This document shows, piece after piece, positions 1 to 11,438 of a stretch of DNA of 64,000 nucleotides. The position numbers and the translations under genes were made by a program. The stretch covers positions 96,001 through 160,000 of the IMG/VR virus record IMGVR_UViG_3300028603_000018; one strand, given 5' to 3'. Below the pieces are notes generated by a model. The model ran no database searches, was not told the DNA's origin, and saw nothing but the letters and a program-made list of their open reading frames with translations. Numbering within the stretch: the stretch's first letter is position 1; each line of letters starts with the position of its first letter. This DNA is from a virus. Lineage: Duplodnaviria; Caudoviricetes.

Positions 1-894
1 CATCATGTTCTCACGCATCTGTTGGAAATCATCAGCACGATTACCAAAGAAACGGTTAAAGCTTGTTCGCGTAACTCCTTGAGCAAAACGAGCACGAGTA
101 TCTTCATGCTGCTCTACTTTTAGTAAGTCAGGCTTTTTAACTTCTTTAATTAATTCAGATAAAGCACTAGCTTGAAGAACTTGAGCTTCTCGCAAAACTT
201 CTAAAGTTTTACCTTGAATAAAGTATTGCTTTAATTGTAATTCTAAACTCTTTCTTTGGAAGTTAATCTGTAGCTTATCATTATAAGCATTTAAACGACT
301 AACACCTGTAGCAATTTTCTCTAGTTGATTATGAGTGCGAATTTGATGACGGCCTTCTACAGCCATTTTTACTGCTTCTCGTGCCTCAGTTCTTACTTCA
401 GCATTTTCATCAGCTTCGACTTGTTCACCAAAGATCTCTTTTAATGTATTACTAATTTGCTCTTCAAAGACTTGAGTCTCAGTAAGAGAACGTTCTGTTT
501 TCTCTCTATCTCTAGCCCAAGCATCTACTCGACCTTTTACTCCTTTAGGAATATAGTCACCAGCTAGATTACTCAAGCTCTCAACAGTACGTTTAACAGG
601 AGAGATGACTTTACTATACTCTTGAACTCCTTCATCGTATAGTTGTTTTACACCCTCTCCTAACTCCATTAAATCACCGACAGCCTGACCATACCCCACA
701 GGTAAAGTCTTACTAGCGACTGTTCTAGCGGTACTAGAAGAGAGCATAGAACTACCTGCTCCTGACAGTATGCCCTTCGCAAAGTCTTTAACCTTATCAA
801 ATCTAGTCTTAGGCTTGTCGTTAAATAAATCCCCAAACCCATCGTCAAAATTATCGAAAGGGTCTGTGATAAAATCTTCAGTTTTCTTAACCAT
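1..894 (-). CDS. Large virion tail/lytic protein, 5' part only (phiKZ gp181-like by position); runs off the window
   Basis: Manual translation from ATG at 894 (MVKKTEDFITDPFDNFDDGFGDLF...) is open to base 1. Helical, charged sequence, divergent from the vRNAP beta' gene as in phiKZ-like gene order. Not in the ORF track. Confidence 0.6.
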   Translation of the reverse strand, partial: MVKKTEDFITDPFDNFDDGFGDLFNDKPKTRFDKVKDFAKGILSGAGSSMLSSSTARTVASKTLPVGYGQAVGDLMELGEGVKQLYDEGVQEYSKVISPVKRTVESLSNLAGDYIPKGVKGRVDAWARDREKTERSLTETQVFEEQISNTLKEIFGEQVEADENAEVRTEAREAVKMAVEGRHQIRTHNQLEKIATGVSRLNAYNDKLQINFQRKSLELQLKQYFIQGKTLEVLREAQVLQASALSELIKEVKKPDLLKVEQHEDTRARFAQGVTRTSFNRFFGNRADDFQQMRENMM

Positions 895-966
895 GTAAGA
901 AAGCTCCGTTATTTTAATATTCAATAGCACTCTATATATGAGTGTTTCTCAATTAGAGGTCATAAC

Positions 967-3228
967 ATGTCTGTGTCTAATCTAGACAAAGCATTTAATA
1001 TTAGTATTCTCTATCTAACACCATTGAATCTAAGAGGCTTAGGATTAATCGATACACTGGATACTTACGATGTAAATGGTGAGTTCAGTGATCGTGGTCT
1101 TTACTCTATTGATTACTTTGGTCCAGTAGGAGATCTACGACGTTCTCGTCGACTTGCATATATTGATATCAAGATGGAGGTTATTCATCCTCTTATCTAT
1201 AAATCCTTAGTAAAACTAAAAGGCTTTTACGAAGATATTATCCTAGGTAAGAAATATGCTATTTGGAATAAACTCACTAAAGACTTCGAACCAGCAGATG
1301 CATTAACTGGTCAAACTGGTTTTAATTTCTTTCTTAATCACTGGATGGATATTGATCTCGTTAGAAATAAGAGTACAGCTAGAAACGAGAGAGTTACTTT
1401 TATTGAGAATAATAAAAGTAAAGCACTTACTAATAAAATCCTAGTTATTCCAGCAGGTATTAGGGACATGACAGTAGGTGCAGATGGTAGACCAGTTAGT
1501 GATGAGATCAATAATATCTACCGTCGATTAATTGGGGTATCAAACACTATTACTGAAGCAGCTATTGAACACAACCCAGAACTCTTTGATAATTCTCGAT
1601 TACGATTACAATTAGTCTTTAATGAGTTATATGAGTATATTACCCAATTACTTAAAGGAAAAAAGAAACTCATTACAGGGAAGCTAACCTCACGTAGAAT
1701 CCATAATGGGACTTCAAACGTTATTAGTGCTTATATCCCTACAGTAAAGCGCTTAGGTGAGCCAGGATCTATCTCAGTTAATAATACCATTGTAGGATTA
1801 CAACAATTCTTAGTCTCTATTGGTCAAACAGCTAAGTATTATATTAAGAATGGTCCATTAAAAGAAGTATTCATCTCTCCTGACCTACCAGCTCGACTCA
1901 TTAACAAAAAGACACTAGAGCAAGAAGAAGTCGATATCTCTATTGAAGCTTATGATTACTGGATGTCAAATGAAGGTCTTGATAGAGTACTCAGTGAATT
2001 TGCTAATGGTAATATCAGACACCAGCCTGTTGAGATTGAAGATCATTATGTCGCTTTGATTTATAAAGGACCTGATAATACTTTTAAAATCTTCTACGAT
2101 ATTAGAGAATTACCTGCTAACTTCTCTAAGAAGTATGTTAGTCCTATTACGCTATTAGAACTCCTATACCTCTCTGTTTATGAGACTTCAGCACAATACC
2201 CAGCCTTCACTACTCGCTATCCCGTATCAGGAGATGGCTCAATCTATCCTTCTTTCTCTTATGTTAAAACAACAGTGAAGTCTGAGAAGAGATATCCTCT
2301 AAATGAAGTATGGCAAAAAGACGATACTCTACCTATTGCTTTTGAGTTCCCTTTACTTAATTCGAGTTTCTACGATACTCTGACTCCACACACTTCGAGG
2401 CTTGCTGGTCTCGGCGCTGATTATGATGGTGATAACGCCTTAGCCCTTATTTATAAGGGATAATTCAAGAAAAGTGTATAACACCTTATCCTAGTAGTAT
2501 GAAAGTCGTTAAAAACTTTTATAACTTATATAGATAATGTCGAAGCTTTTACTAATAAAAATACTCAAAGTAATTTTATTAACCATATACATTTTTCATT
2601 ATTATTCCTTATTTATATTACGTCACCTATTAGTAGAAATACTAATACAATAAACCTCTTTAATTGACGGGAAAAGACTGTTAAAGTCTATCTACCAAGC
2701 TATGCATTGGAAACAACATAGTGGCTGAACTAATCACTCAGGTAAGGTAATAAAGATAGAACTGGTTTAATCCGCAGCGAAGCTCCTAGAGATACTTTCT
2801 ATAAGTATACGGAGTGCGTTCAACGACTAATGAAAGGCGTGTGTTAATTATAACACTAAACCGAGTAAAGTAGCGCCTAGTGGTAGGGTGTGTAGATTGA
2901 GAATGGGTCTACACAGTAAAACCCTTTAAAGCGAAATGGGAGGCACCTGACTGCTATTGTTAGAATAGTAAAAGGTGAAGATATAGTCTGAGCGTCTAGG
3001 GAAAGCCTAGAGTAGTAGTTATCTTAACTACGGGTATAGATTAACGAGCTATACTGAACATAACTGAGAATGTCATTTAATGCTTTATATACCGATGAAG
3101 CAAAAGAAGAAATACGGAAATTCTTAACTGAACCTAGAGCATATTTAAATACTAATGGTGAATTAAGAATGAGTGCTTCTTTCCCCACTATTGATTTAGT
3201 ACTCTATAACCTAACTTCTAGGAAGTAG
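967..3228 (+). CDS. Virion RNA polymerase beta'-like catalytic subunit (phiKZ gp180-like); spliced from exons 967-2433 and 3067-3228, 542 aa
   Basis: Exon 1 ends in the catalytic motif LAGLGADYDGD. Exon 2 continues in frame as RMSFNALYTDEAKEEIRKFL...TSRK*, parallel to bacterial NADFDGDQM. Confidence 0.9.
2434..3066 (+). ncRNA. Group I intron (633 nt) in the vRNAP beta' gene
   Basis: P AATTGACGGGAA 2662-2673, Q AATCCGCAGC 2769-2778, R GTTCAACGACTA 2818-2829, S AAGATATAGTCT 2978-2989. The 5' exon ends in U (GGTGAT) and pairs with guide GTCACC 2622-2627. P2 is TATTAGTA-GAAA-TACTAATA. Terminal G is 3066, and removal restores the frame. Confidence 0.93.
2509..2599 (-). pseudogene. Decayed antisense GIY-YIG-like homing endonuclease N-terminus in the intron P1 loop
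   Basis: RBS AAGGA, then ATG 2599 giving MKNVY; after a frameshift, VNKITLSIFISKSFDII, which resembles the GIY-YIG pattern Y-x-I-x-N-K-I-x-G-K-x-Y-I-G-x-S-x-D-I. Confidence 0.4.
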
Positions 3229-3236
3229 AAAAAGAA

Positions 3237-6200
3237 ATGTTAATTTACGATACTTATTATAAACGCAGAGCTTCTTTTCGATTAGGTCAGATTGCTTCTC
3301 CTAGGAAAAATCCTTTAGAGACGATGGAAATGCCTAAAGGTTCCGTTTACCATTACTTAGGTGAAAGTGCTACACAAGTAGGTCCACCTGAAGATCTCTA
3401 CATCTATCGAGCAGTTAGTGATCCTATTCAAATGAATGTGGTCTCTAGTTATAGTACTGATTTTGAATGGAGAGGTAATCCTACTGTATTAGGTAGGAAT
3501 ATTCAATCTGATATTGCTAAGTACTTACGACTGCATCGACGCTATCGTCGTTTCCCTGAAGTCAGTAAGATCAAAGGTACACCTCATATTCAGTTACTTA
3601 TTAACTACGCTAACATTAATAAGAGTTATCGATATATCCAAAATCGATACTCTAGTTATAATGCTTGGTATAATAAGTTTGCTAGTGTATTAAGTAATGT
3701 TAATGAAGTAGCTACTAAGACTAATAGACAACAGTTCTTAATCTTTAGTTTACCTGAATTTATTCCTAGTGCTTCGCATCTACTCATAGCAGAAGGTCAA
3801 GCTGTTATTACAGGTAACTTATTAAATAGCTTTAGCTCTAATGAAAGTAGAGTTATTTTAGAGTTGTGGAAGTGGTTAAGTGAAGCTAGAACTAATTCAT
3901 TGTTTAATCTGATTAGTCCTCAGAACTACGATAAAGTCAACATCATCTTCCAGGACATGGGAGTATGGGTGGGTTATCGGTTAGATTCATTAAATAACTT
4001 TAGACTCCCTAGTAAGGAAGAATTAAAAGCTTATGAAGATGATCCTACTGGTAAAGTTGAGCCTAATACTAAAGGTATTCTACCTGACTTATTAAAACGT
4101 ACTTTCTTACGTGGATTAACTACTGTTACTAAGTTTAGGAATGGGGAGTTAATTGAAGAAGAAGAAGAACAAGATGTACTTGATGATGAGTTAGATGAAG
4201 AAGAAGATATTCAAGTACTCGATAAGGATGCTTCAGGTAATGCCGTTGTCTCTAGTCTGAAAAACATTAAAAAGAGTTTAGATGAAGCTGAAGCTTCTCG
4301 TGCTGAAAAAGAAGTCTTATCTCGTATTCAATCTATCGAACGAGAGTTAGAAAAAAGAAATGAGGCGAGTGACTTTATCAGTACTATCGATGGTATTGAT
4401 TTAGAAGAGTTTAGTAATCTCATTGATGAGGATCTTAGTGCTTTAGATAAAATCAATGAGAGATTGGTTTTAAATAAAGAAGTGGTGGGTCATTCTACGG
4501 TAGGTACTGGTTTAGGTGAACTAACTGAAAGAAATAAGAACCTACCTAATACCTTTGAAGATGGGTTAATGCGTATTGCTACAGACTATGCTGAAGCTGG
4601 TTTGTTATCTGCTACGGATTACCAACGCTTTGTTAGGCATAGTGAAGCTTATAAGTCAATTAAGATGCCTAATGGACAGACATTAGAAGAGTATATTCAG
4701 ATCGATAAGAAAGACTTAGAGATCGATTATAATAAACCCGTTCCTTCTGTTGATACTGTTAATGATCCTAGCTTGATTGGTTCTACAATGGTAGAGTTTA
4801 ACCGTAAGTATAATACGGAGCTTCTCTATAAAGACATTGCTAGGATGGTTCTAAATATGCAGTTCGGTGGCGTAGCTGTCACTAACATGAATATCTACAA
4901 GCAAGAAACTGTCTTAGGTAGTAATTACGTTTATGAAGTTAGGTTAGTTCCCGTAGATGGAGAGCCTGGTACGGTTCGCTTTACGATTCCAGAAGTATCT
5001 AAAGACGGTACATTTAGAATCAATGGTGTGAAGTATCGGTTTAGAACTCAGCAAGCGGCTCAATTACCTATTAAGAAAACAGCTCCGTATCAAGTAGCAT
5101 TAACAAGTTACTACGGGAAGCTCTTTATTAATCGAACACAAAGAAAGGTTAATGATTACGGTAGTTGGATTACTCGCTACATTAAAATGGAAGCATTAGA
5201 AGGGACAACAGATAAGATTCGTGATGTAGAGACCTTTCCTACTTTCAAAGCTAATGTTAAGCGTCCTAGAATCTTTACTATCTTAGCTCAGACTTTTAAA
5301 CAGTTCTCTGTTAAAGTAGATGCATTATCAGAAAGACTTTCTTTTGTTTTAGATGAAGACATCTTAAAAGAGAAAGACCCTACTACTTATAATGCTCTTG
5401 TAGATGAAGGGTTTATTCCTTGTGGTATTGTAGGTAATGATTTCTTAGTTGTTAATATTAACAATGAATTCTTTATCAATCGAAAAGAAGGTAAAGAGGA
5501 CATTGGTACTATTGAAACTATTTTAGACTTAGATATTCGAAAAGCACCTATCGAATATATTGAAGCAGGCATTAGTGGTAAAGACATCCCTGTTGGTTTC
5601 ATGTTAGGTTTAGAGATGGGTTTAGAGCAACTCATTGTCTTACTTCAACCTAGGATTCGACGTGTTCCTAAAGGTCAGTCTGTTAAACTTGAAGATGATG
5701 AGTATCGTTTAATTTTTGAAGATGAAACATTAGTCTTTAATAAAAACGATAAGACGGCTACTTTACTCTTAGCTGGCTTTACTAAGTTTCACCGTAGCCT
5801 ACGCCTTTATACAGTTAATGATTTCAATAGTGTTGCTGCTTATATTAACGTATTAGAAGAACATGGGATGACTTCCCGTATTGCTGCAAGTATTGATACG
5901 CTTAATAAACTCTTTATTGACCCTATCATTAGAGAGTTATTAGTAGATATGAATGAACCTACTCATTTTAGAGGCTTGCTACTGCGTTGTGCTGAGCTAT
6001 TGGTGGATGATTATGTCCCTGATGTAAAAGACCGTGTACGGGGCTATGAGAGGTTTGCAGGGGCTGTTTATAGTGAGCTAATCAAAGCTTATCGTGCTCA
6101 TCAGTTTAAACCTTCTCGTTTTAAGCAACCTATTGATATGGCTCCCTTTACTGTATTCAATAACATCAGTACTGATCCAGCTAAACTCTTAGTTCACGAT

Positions 6201-7998
6201 ATCAATCCAGTAGAAGACGCTAAGCAAATTGATGCTTTGTCTTATACAGGTTCAGGTGGTCGTAGTAGTCGTTCTATGACTAAAGAGACGCGTCTTTATA
6301 CTGATAAGGATCAAGGTCTAGTTTCTGAATCTACGGTTGATTCTGCTAAAGTAGCTATTAATAACTACAGTTCAGCAAAGCCTAAGTTAACTAGTGTACG
6401 TGGTACTTATGAGCAATTCAATTTAGAAGAAGATGGTGTAGGTAGCTTAATTAGTACTGCTGCCTCATTATCTCCTTACGTGCTGTACGATGATTAACAA
6501 TTAAATAATATTTGTATATTGTTTAACTAGTCCACTTAGTTAGTAATAACTAATGTGAATGCTTCTTAATTGCTGGGAAAGGCTTAGAGCTAAAGTAACC
6601 ACTGCGAGACGAAAGTCAAAGCCAAGGTTTGAAAATACTTTAGATTGCTCAATCAGCAGCGGAGATTCTACGTCTTATTATTTATAGTAAGATATGAATA
6701 GCGTTCAACGATCAATCCCTTATCAGGATGTAGGTCACAAGTGTGATCCAAACAGAAGCCTTCCTAATCACTAGGAAGAAGATATGATCTAGACATCTAG
6801 GGAAAGCCTAGAGCTGCAAGTAAAGTTGCGGGTTAGTCCTAACGAGACTAATTGAATACAATCGGGAAAAAGGGTCTCCTTTATCGGGGTCCAGCACGGT
6901 CATGGAATTGCATGTACAGGGTATACTGCTCCTGTAGTTAGGACAGGTAAAGAAGCTAGCTTAGCTCAACAAACTAGTGAAGTGTTTGCTAAAGCTGCTG
7001 AACAAGACGGTGAAGTTATCTCTGTTAAACCAGAAGGTATTATTGTTCGCTACGCAGATGGTAGTGAAGAAGGCTATCCTTGTGGGAAAGTCTTTGGTAA
7101 TAGTGCTTCATTATCTTTTCCTTTTAACATTGTAAGTAATGTTAGTAAAGGAGAGGTATTTAAAGCAGGAGATATTCTCACGTATAATACGGAGTTCTTC
7201 ACTAAAGATACATTAGCTAGAAATACTGTTGTCTGGAAGAATGCTGTGCAAGTAAACGTAGCTTTAGTTGAAGTACCTTCTACTTATGAAGATGCTTCAG
7301 CCATTACTCAACGCTTAGCTAGTAAACTTACTTCTAAGATCTCAGAACCTATTAACATCACTGTTCGGTTTAACCAAGCTATTCATGACTTAGTTAAAGT
7401 AGGTGATAAAGTTAAAGCTGATGACCATCTTTGTGTTATTGAAGATGAAGTTACAGCAGGTAGTGATCTTTTCGATCAGGACTCCTTAGATAACTTACGC
7501 ATTCTGCGCTCTCAAACACCTCGTGCTAAAGTCGATGGTGTTGTAGATAAGATCGAGGTCTTCTATAATGGCGAGCTTGAGGAGATGTCAGAATCATTAG
7601 CTGAAGTAGCGATGGCTGCTGATAAACGTTTAGCTAAAGAGTTATCTTCAGTAGGTAAGAAGCCCATGACAGGTTCTACCTTAGGAGAGAGCTATCGTAT
7701 TGAGGGTAATGTTTTACAGTTAGATGAACTTGTTATTCGTGTTCATGTTACTGAAGACAAAGGGATGGGTAATGGTGATAAAGCCGTATTTGCTAACCAG
7801 TTAAAAACTATTATCTCTGAAGTATTACCTGATCCTGTTCAAACAGAATCTGGCGTAGAGGTAGATGCTTTATTTGGTATTAAGTCAGTCGGTAACCGTA
7901 TCGTTAACTCACCTTACGATATTGGTATTGATGCTAGACTCATGACTAAAGCAACTGAGCGAGCTATTGCTGCTTATACCACTCCTATTAAAGGTTGA
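3237..7998 (+). CDS. Virion RNA polymerase beta-like subunit (phiKZ gp178-like); spliced from exons 3237-6494 and 6865-7998, 1463 aa
   Basis: Beta motifs include DGTFRINGVKY, SYTGSGG, GDKAVFANQLKTIIS and SVGNRI. The spliced junction SLSPYVLYDD|GKRVSFIGVQHGH parallels bacterial LIPFLEHDD-ANRALMG. Position 6865 is in frame with the 6982 ORF. Confidence 0.9.
6495..6864 (+). ncRNA. Group I intron (370 nt, no ORF) in the vRNAP beta gene
   Basis: P AATTGCTGGGAA 6568-6579, Q AATCAGCAGC 6651-6660, R GTTCAACGATCA 6703-6714, S AAGATATGATCT 6779-6790. P2 has a GTAA tetraloop. The 5' exon ends in U and terminal G is 6864. Confidence 0.93.
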
Positions 7999-8012
7999 TA
8001 TTAATTATAGTA

Positions 8013-8054
8013 GAAAGAGGTTCCTTTTATCAGGAGTCTCTTTCTTTTTTTTTT
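8013..8054 (+). terminator. Intrinsic terminator after vRNAP beta
   Basis: Imperfect stem GAAAGAGGTTCC/GGAGTCTCTTTC followed by T10. Confidence 0.7.
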
Positions 8055-8139
8055 AAGCCTTTAGAGGGTTTAGGTTAAATAAGTCTTTTAAACCTATGAG
8101 ATAATATAAACAGTCCCTTAGCTTAAGGATATTTTTAAA

Positions 8140-8352
8140 ATGAAGAAAGTAGATAGAGAACACACCACTCTCCAAACATTATCAACAGCTGTTGAATTTG
8201 GATTAGGTGTAGCTCAAGAAGTTTTAACAGGTAGTGACTTAGGTTCTTTCTTAAGTAAGAATGGTCGCACTAACCTAGCCCAACAAATGTTAACTGATAT
8301 TCAAACTAAATTTAATAAAGAATTAGGAGCTGCTCAATATGCTAAGCGATAA
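8140..8352 (+). CDS. Small hypothetical protein of the vRNAP/protease cluster
   Basis: RBS AAGGA, phage-like codon use, overlaps the next gene. Confidence 0.65.
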   Translation: MKKVDREHTTLQTLSTAVEFGLGVAQEVLTGSDLGSFLSKNGRTNLAQQMLTDIQTKFNKELGAAQYAKR

Positions 8353-9811
8353 AATTGTTAAAGCTAGTATTCCACTTACAGCTCTTTGGACTGAAAATGA
8401 TTTAGTAGCCACTGCATACGAAGGCTCTCCATTAGCTTTACTAATTCATCATCAATTAGAAAAGAATATTCAAAGTAATGTTTTTTATGCTTCAAATAAA
8501 GACTTTGGTAATTCTGATTTAGAAACTCGTTTAACGACTATTGCTAATAATCTAGCTAACATCGGTTCTCTCAATGGTGTTGAGTCTGTAACGGGTATTG
8601 ATACTAACCAAGTCTTAGATACGCATATTAGTGCTGCTGCTGGTAAGATTAAACAACATATCAGTATTATTAAAAACGTCGTTAAACCTGCTGTTATGGA
8701 TTTAATTGAACGTATTAATGCTGCTTTAAAATCCGTTACTAATGAATCGATCTTAGATGTAGAGATTATTCAGTTTGAAGTCCCTAAGAGTTTTTCTAAT
8801 AACTTCTTTGTAGCACCTCTTGGTAAGTACCAAGATAAGGATAATGCAATTCCTTATAAGTTAGTTGGTTTACCTAATTTAGACTGGACTACTTTAGTTG
8901 AGAAATTAGCGATTGGTGATTCTGAAGTTGATGACGAAAACTTAAGCTTTATTCTGTCTGCTGGTAAAGAAAACATCCAGCAACTATTTGATTCTGTTTT
9001 TGGTAATGGACAATCTCCAGTTAAAACTAATAAGAATATTGGTGATTTCTTAAAAGATAGTAAGTTTAACACCCAATACAACTTAGCGATGTATCTGTGG
9101 GCTAATAACTTTTTTGATAATCCAGTAGAAGGCACTAATGCTACCTTAATTGATTACAATAATCAATTAGCAGCTATTCGTGAAATGGCAGGTGCTAATT
9201 TACAGCGATTAGTACAAGTACATCAAAGTAACTTAGAAAGTAAAGTCTTAGTTAAAAGCTTTGGTGATGGTTATGTTGAAGTCTATTCCAACGTATATGA
9301 AGACTTTTTAGAAAATGGTGGAGTGCCAGAAGCATTACTGGGTCTGATCTACTCTGATAGCAAGTCTTATACGTACGATAATATCATTGCTCGTACTGCT
9401 GAATTAGAGCGTATTTGGAATACTCAAGTCGGTAGTCTTAAGCTCAATGAAAAAGCTCGTCGGGCTAACTTTATTTATCGTATTGCTCTAGCTTCGTTTC
9501 ATGAACAGATGTTAGAGGAGCAAGACGGACAAGCAGGACTGGATAATAACATCCTCTCTATTTTAGAGAAAGCACGTAATATTCTAGACGCTCTTCGTCC
9601 TGAAGAACTCAATAATATCACTGAAGTCTCTTTACTGTTAGAGTGTAGAGCGCGTTTTCCTAACACGGCTTCTGAGCAATTCTTACGAGATATTGTTGAT
9701 GTAGTGGCTGATTGTCCTGATACTGATGTAGAAGAAGCTGCTGCTGTAGCTACTCTGCGTTATATTACGACTTGGATCTCAAACCAACTCTCAGTTAAAT
9801 ACGCACGTTAA
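8339..9811 (+). CDS. Probable virion (head) structural protein
   Basis: 490-aa ORF lying between vRNAP beta and the protease, as in phiKZ-like phages. Confidence 0.6.
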   Translation: MLSDKIVKASIPLTALWTENDLVATAYEGSPLALLIHHQLEKNIQSNVFYASNKDFGNSDLETRLTTIANNLANIGSLNGVESVTGIDTNQVLDTHISAAAGKIKQHISIIKNVVKPAVMDLIERINAALKSVTNESILDVEIIQFEVPKSFSNNFFVAPLGKYQDKDNAIPYKLVGLPNLDWTTLVEKLAIGDSEVDDENLSFILSAGKENIQQLFDSVFGNGQSPVKTNKNIGDFLKDSKFNTQYNLAMYLWANNFFDNPVEGTNATLIDYNNQLAAIREMAGANLQRLVQVHQSNLESKVLVKSFGDGYVEVYSNVYEDFLENGGVPEALLGLIYSDSKSYTYDNIIARTAELERIWNTQVGSLKLNEKARRANFIYRIALASFHEQMLEEQDGQAGLDNNILSILEKARNILDALRPEELNNITEVSLLLECRARFPNTASEQFLRDIVDVVADCPDTDVEEAAAVATLRYITTWISNQLSVKYAR

Positions 9812-9825
9812 TAAAAAAGCTAATT

Positions 9826-10548
9826 ATGGATATTTCTACTTTAAAAAGAGATCCAGCATTAGTAACCAGTAAACTCATCAGTAGTGGCGATCAATACTTA
9901 GCCAAAGAAAGAATTAAGATCATGATTCCTGCTTTCTATGAAGCAAAGCAATTAATGACTTATGGTACAGAAACGTACTTTCTTGGTTTTTATTGTATCA
10001 TCACTGCTGATGGTCATTATGCTATTGACATTGCTCCGACTATGATTCAAACTGAACCTAGTCAAATCACCCGTGTAGATATTGATGATATGGAATATAT
10101 TGTCATGATCTATGATAAAGGTGATGCAGTTATTGCTAATGATAACGTTGTAAAAAACGAAGCTATTGGTTACGCTGTCTTTAACGAGATTCTCTCTAAA
10201 GGGTTATTCCCTTGGTGGATGACTTATGAAGATGCTGCTAAAGTATTTTCTAAAATGCGAGAATTCACAGGCTCTTCTGTAGGCGATAACCGAGTACTTT
10301 ATGAAGTTATTATCTCTACATTAGCGCGAGATCCTGATAATAAATCATTACAATATCGACAAGGCTTTAGTAATAAAGCAGAACTAATTTCTAGACCTCC
10401 TTCTTGGGCACCGTTACGAAGCGTTCAGTACTCAGCTACTAACACCGTAGCTAAAATATCAGGTAGTTATTTTGAGGAAGGTGTTATTAGTGCTATTAAT
10501 GACCCTACTGATCGAATCGAGCGTGGTGAGAAAATCCTAAGACTTTAA
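9826..10548 (+). CDS. Probable vRNAP beta' C-terminal subunit (phiKZ gp176 / SPN3US gp244-like)
   Basis: C-terminus PLRSVQYSATNTVAKISGSYFEEGVISAI resembles the beta' C-terminal [20 protein letters not shown] region. Lies directly before the protease. Confidence 0.6.
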   Translation: MDISTLKRDPALVTSKLISSGDQYLAKERIKIMIPAFYEAKQLMTYGTETYFLGFYCIITADGHYAIDIAPTMIQTEPSQITRVDIDDMEYIVMIYDKGDAVIANDNVVKNEAIGYAVFNEILSKGLFPWWMTYEDAAKVFSKMREFTGSSVGDNRVLYEVIISTLARDPDNKSLQYRQGFSNKAELISRPPSWAPLRSVQYSATNTVAKISGSYFEEGVISAINDPTDRIERGEKILRL

Positions 10549-10567
10549 CTAAGAGAAAAAAATAAAC

Positions 10568-11383
10568 ATGCTTAATTCGATTGTGTTTGAATGCACAGCT
10601 ATGAGAGGGCTAAATAAGAAAGGCATTATTCCAGCAATGGATGAGTACGGCTATAGAAAAGTCGTACTCGGTGCTTTAAATGTATTTAGTCGTAAAGGTG
10701 AATACTACGCTTTAGAAGGTGCTGAAGATCTATTTAAGAATAGTTCTATCTTCATGAGGAAAGTAGAAGGCGAAGCATTACGAGGAGAGTTAGGTCATCC
10801 TATTCCTACTCCTGGTATGTCTGAGGAACAATTCTCTATTCGTATTCGTCAGGTCATTGAACCTCGTATCTGTTTACATATTCGTCGTGTCTGGTTAGAT
10901 CACACTAATGTAAAAGACGATATGGGTAGGACTGTCATTGCTATTATGGGTGAAGTCGCTCCTAGTGGTGAATTGGGTCATATCCTAGAGAAAGCGTTTA
11001 ATAATCCTTATGAGAACGTGGCTTTCTCTATTCGTTGTTTCTCTGATGTAGACCGCTCCTTTGGCGGAGCTGTTACTCGTAAGATGCGAGAGATTGTGAC
11101 TTGGGATTATGTATCTGAACCTGGAATTAAAGTAGCAGATAAATATTACAGTCCTTCTCTAGAAAATAACGATATTATCCTACCTAAAAAGCAAGAGATT
11201 TTAAGAGCTGATACAGTAGATAACCTGATCAATCGAAAATACTCTAGAAGTTTCTTAAGGAAAGTAAGTGAAAATAAAGATCTTACTTATTCTGAAGAAT
11301 CTGTATTTTTAACAACTGATGAGTTATTTACTAGCTTAGGTTGGAATAATGTAGAGAAACCACCCGCTTTCCATAATTGGTAA
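10568..11383 (+). CDS. Prohead (head maturation) protease, phiKZ gp175-like
   Basis: Motifs GELGHP (His), AFSIR (Ser) and TWDYVSEPG (Asp); SPSLE fits an S-x-E autocleavage site. Confidence 0.88.
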   Translation: MLNSIVFECTAMRGLNKKGIIPAMDEYGYRKVVLGALNVFSRKGEYYALEGAEDLFKNSSIFMRKVEGEALRGELGHPIPTPGMSEEQFSIRIRQVIEPRICLHIRRVWLDHTNVKDDMGRTVIAIMGEVAPSGELGHILEKAFNNPYENVAFSIRCFSDVDRSFGGAVTRKMREIVTWDYVSEPGIKVADKYYSPSLENNDIILPKKQEILRADTVDNLINRKYSRSFLRKVSENKDLTYSEESVFLTTDELFTSLGWNNVEKPPAFHNW

Positions 11384-11390
11384 TTTAACA

Positions 11391-11438
11391 GCATAAATGG
11401 GAGTCTTAAATGACTCCTATTTATGACGTCTTTTTTTT
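11391..11438 (+). terminator. Hairpin-family terminator
   Basis: CATAAATGGGAGTC...GACTCCTATTTATG followed by T8. Confidence 0.75.

Noticed and set aside
2434-2463. C-terminus NALALIYKG* of the 498-aa ORF
   Set aside because: It is read-through into the intron; the real C-terminus is exon 3067-3228.
6982-7998. Separate 338-aa RNAP subunit gene
   Set aside because: The frame is open from 6865 and joins the upstream exon after intron removal.
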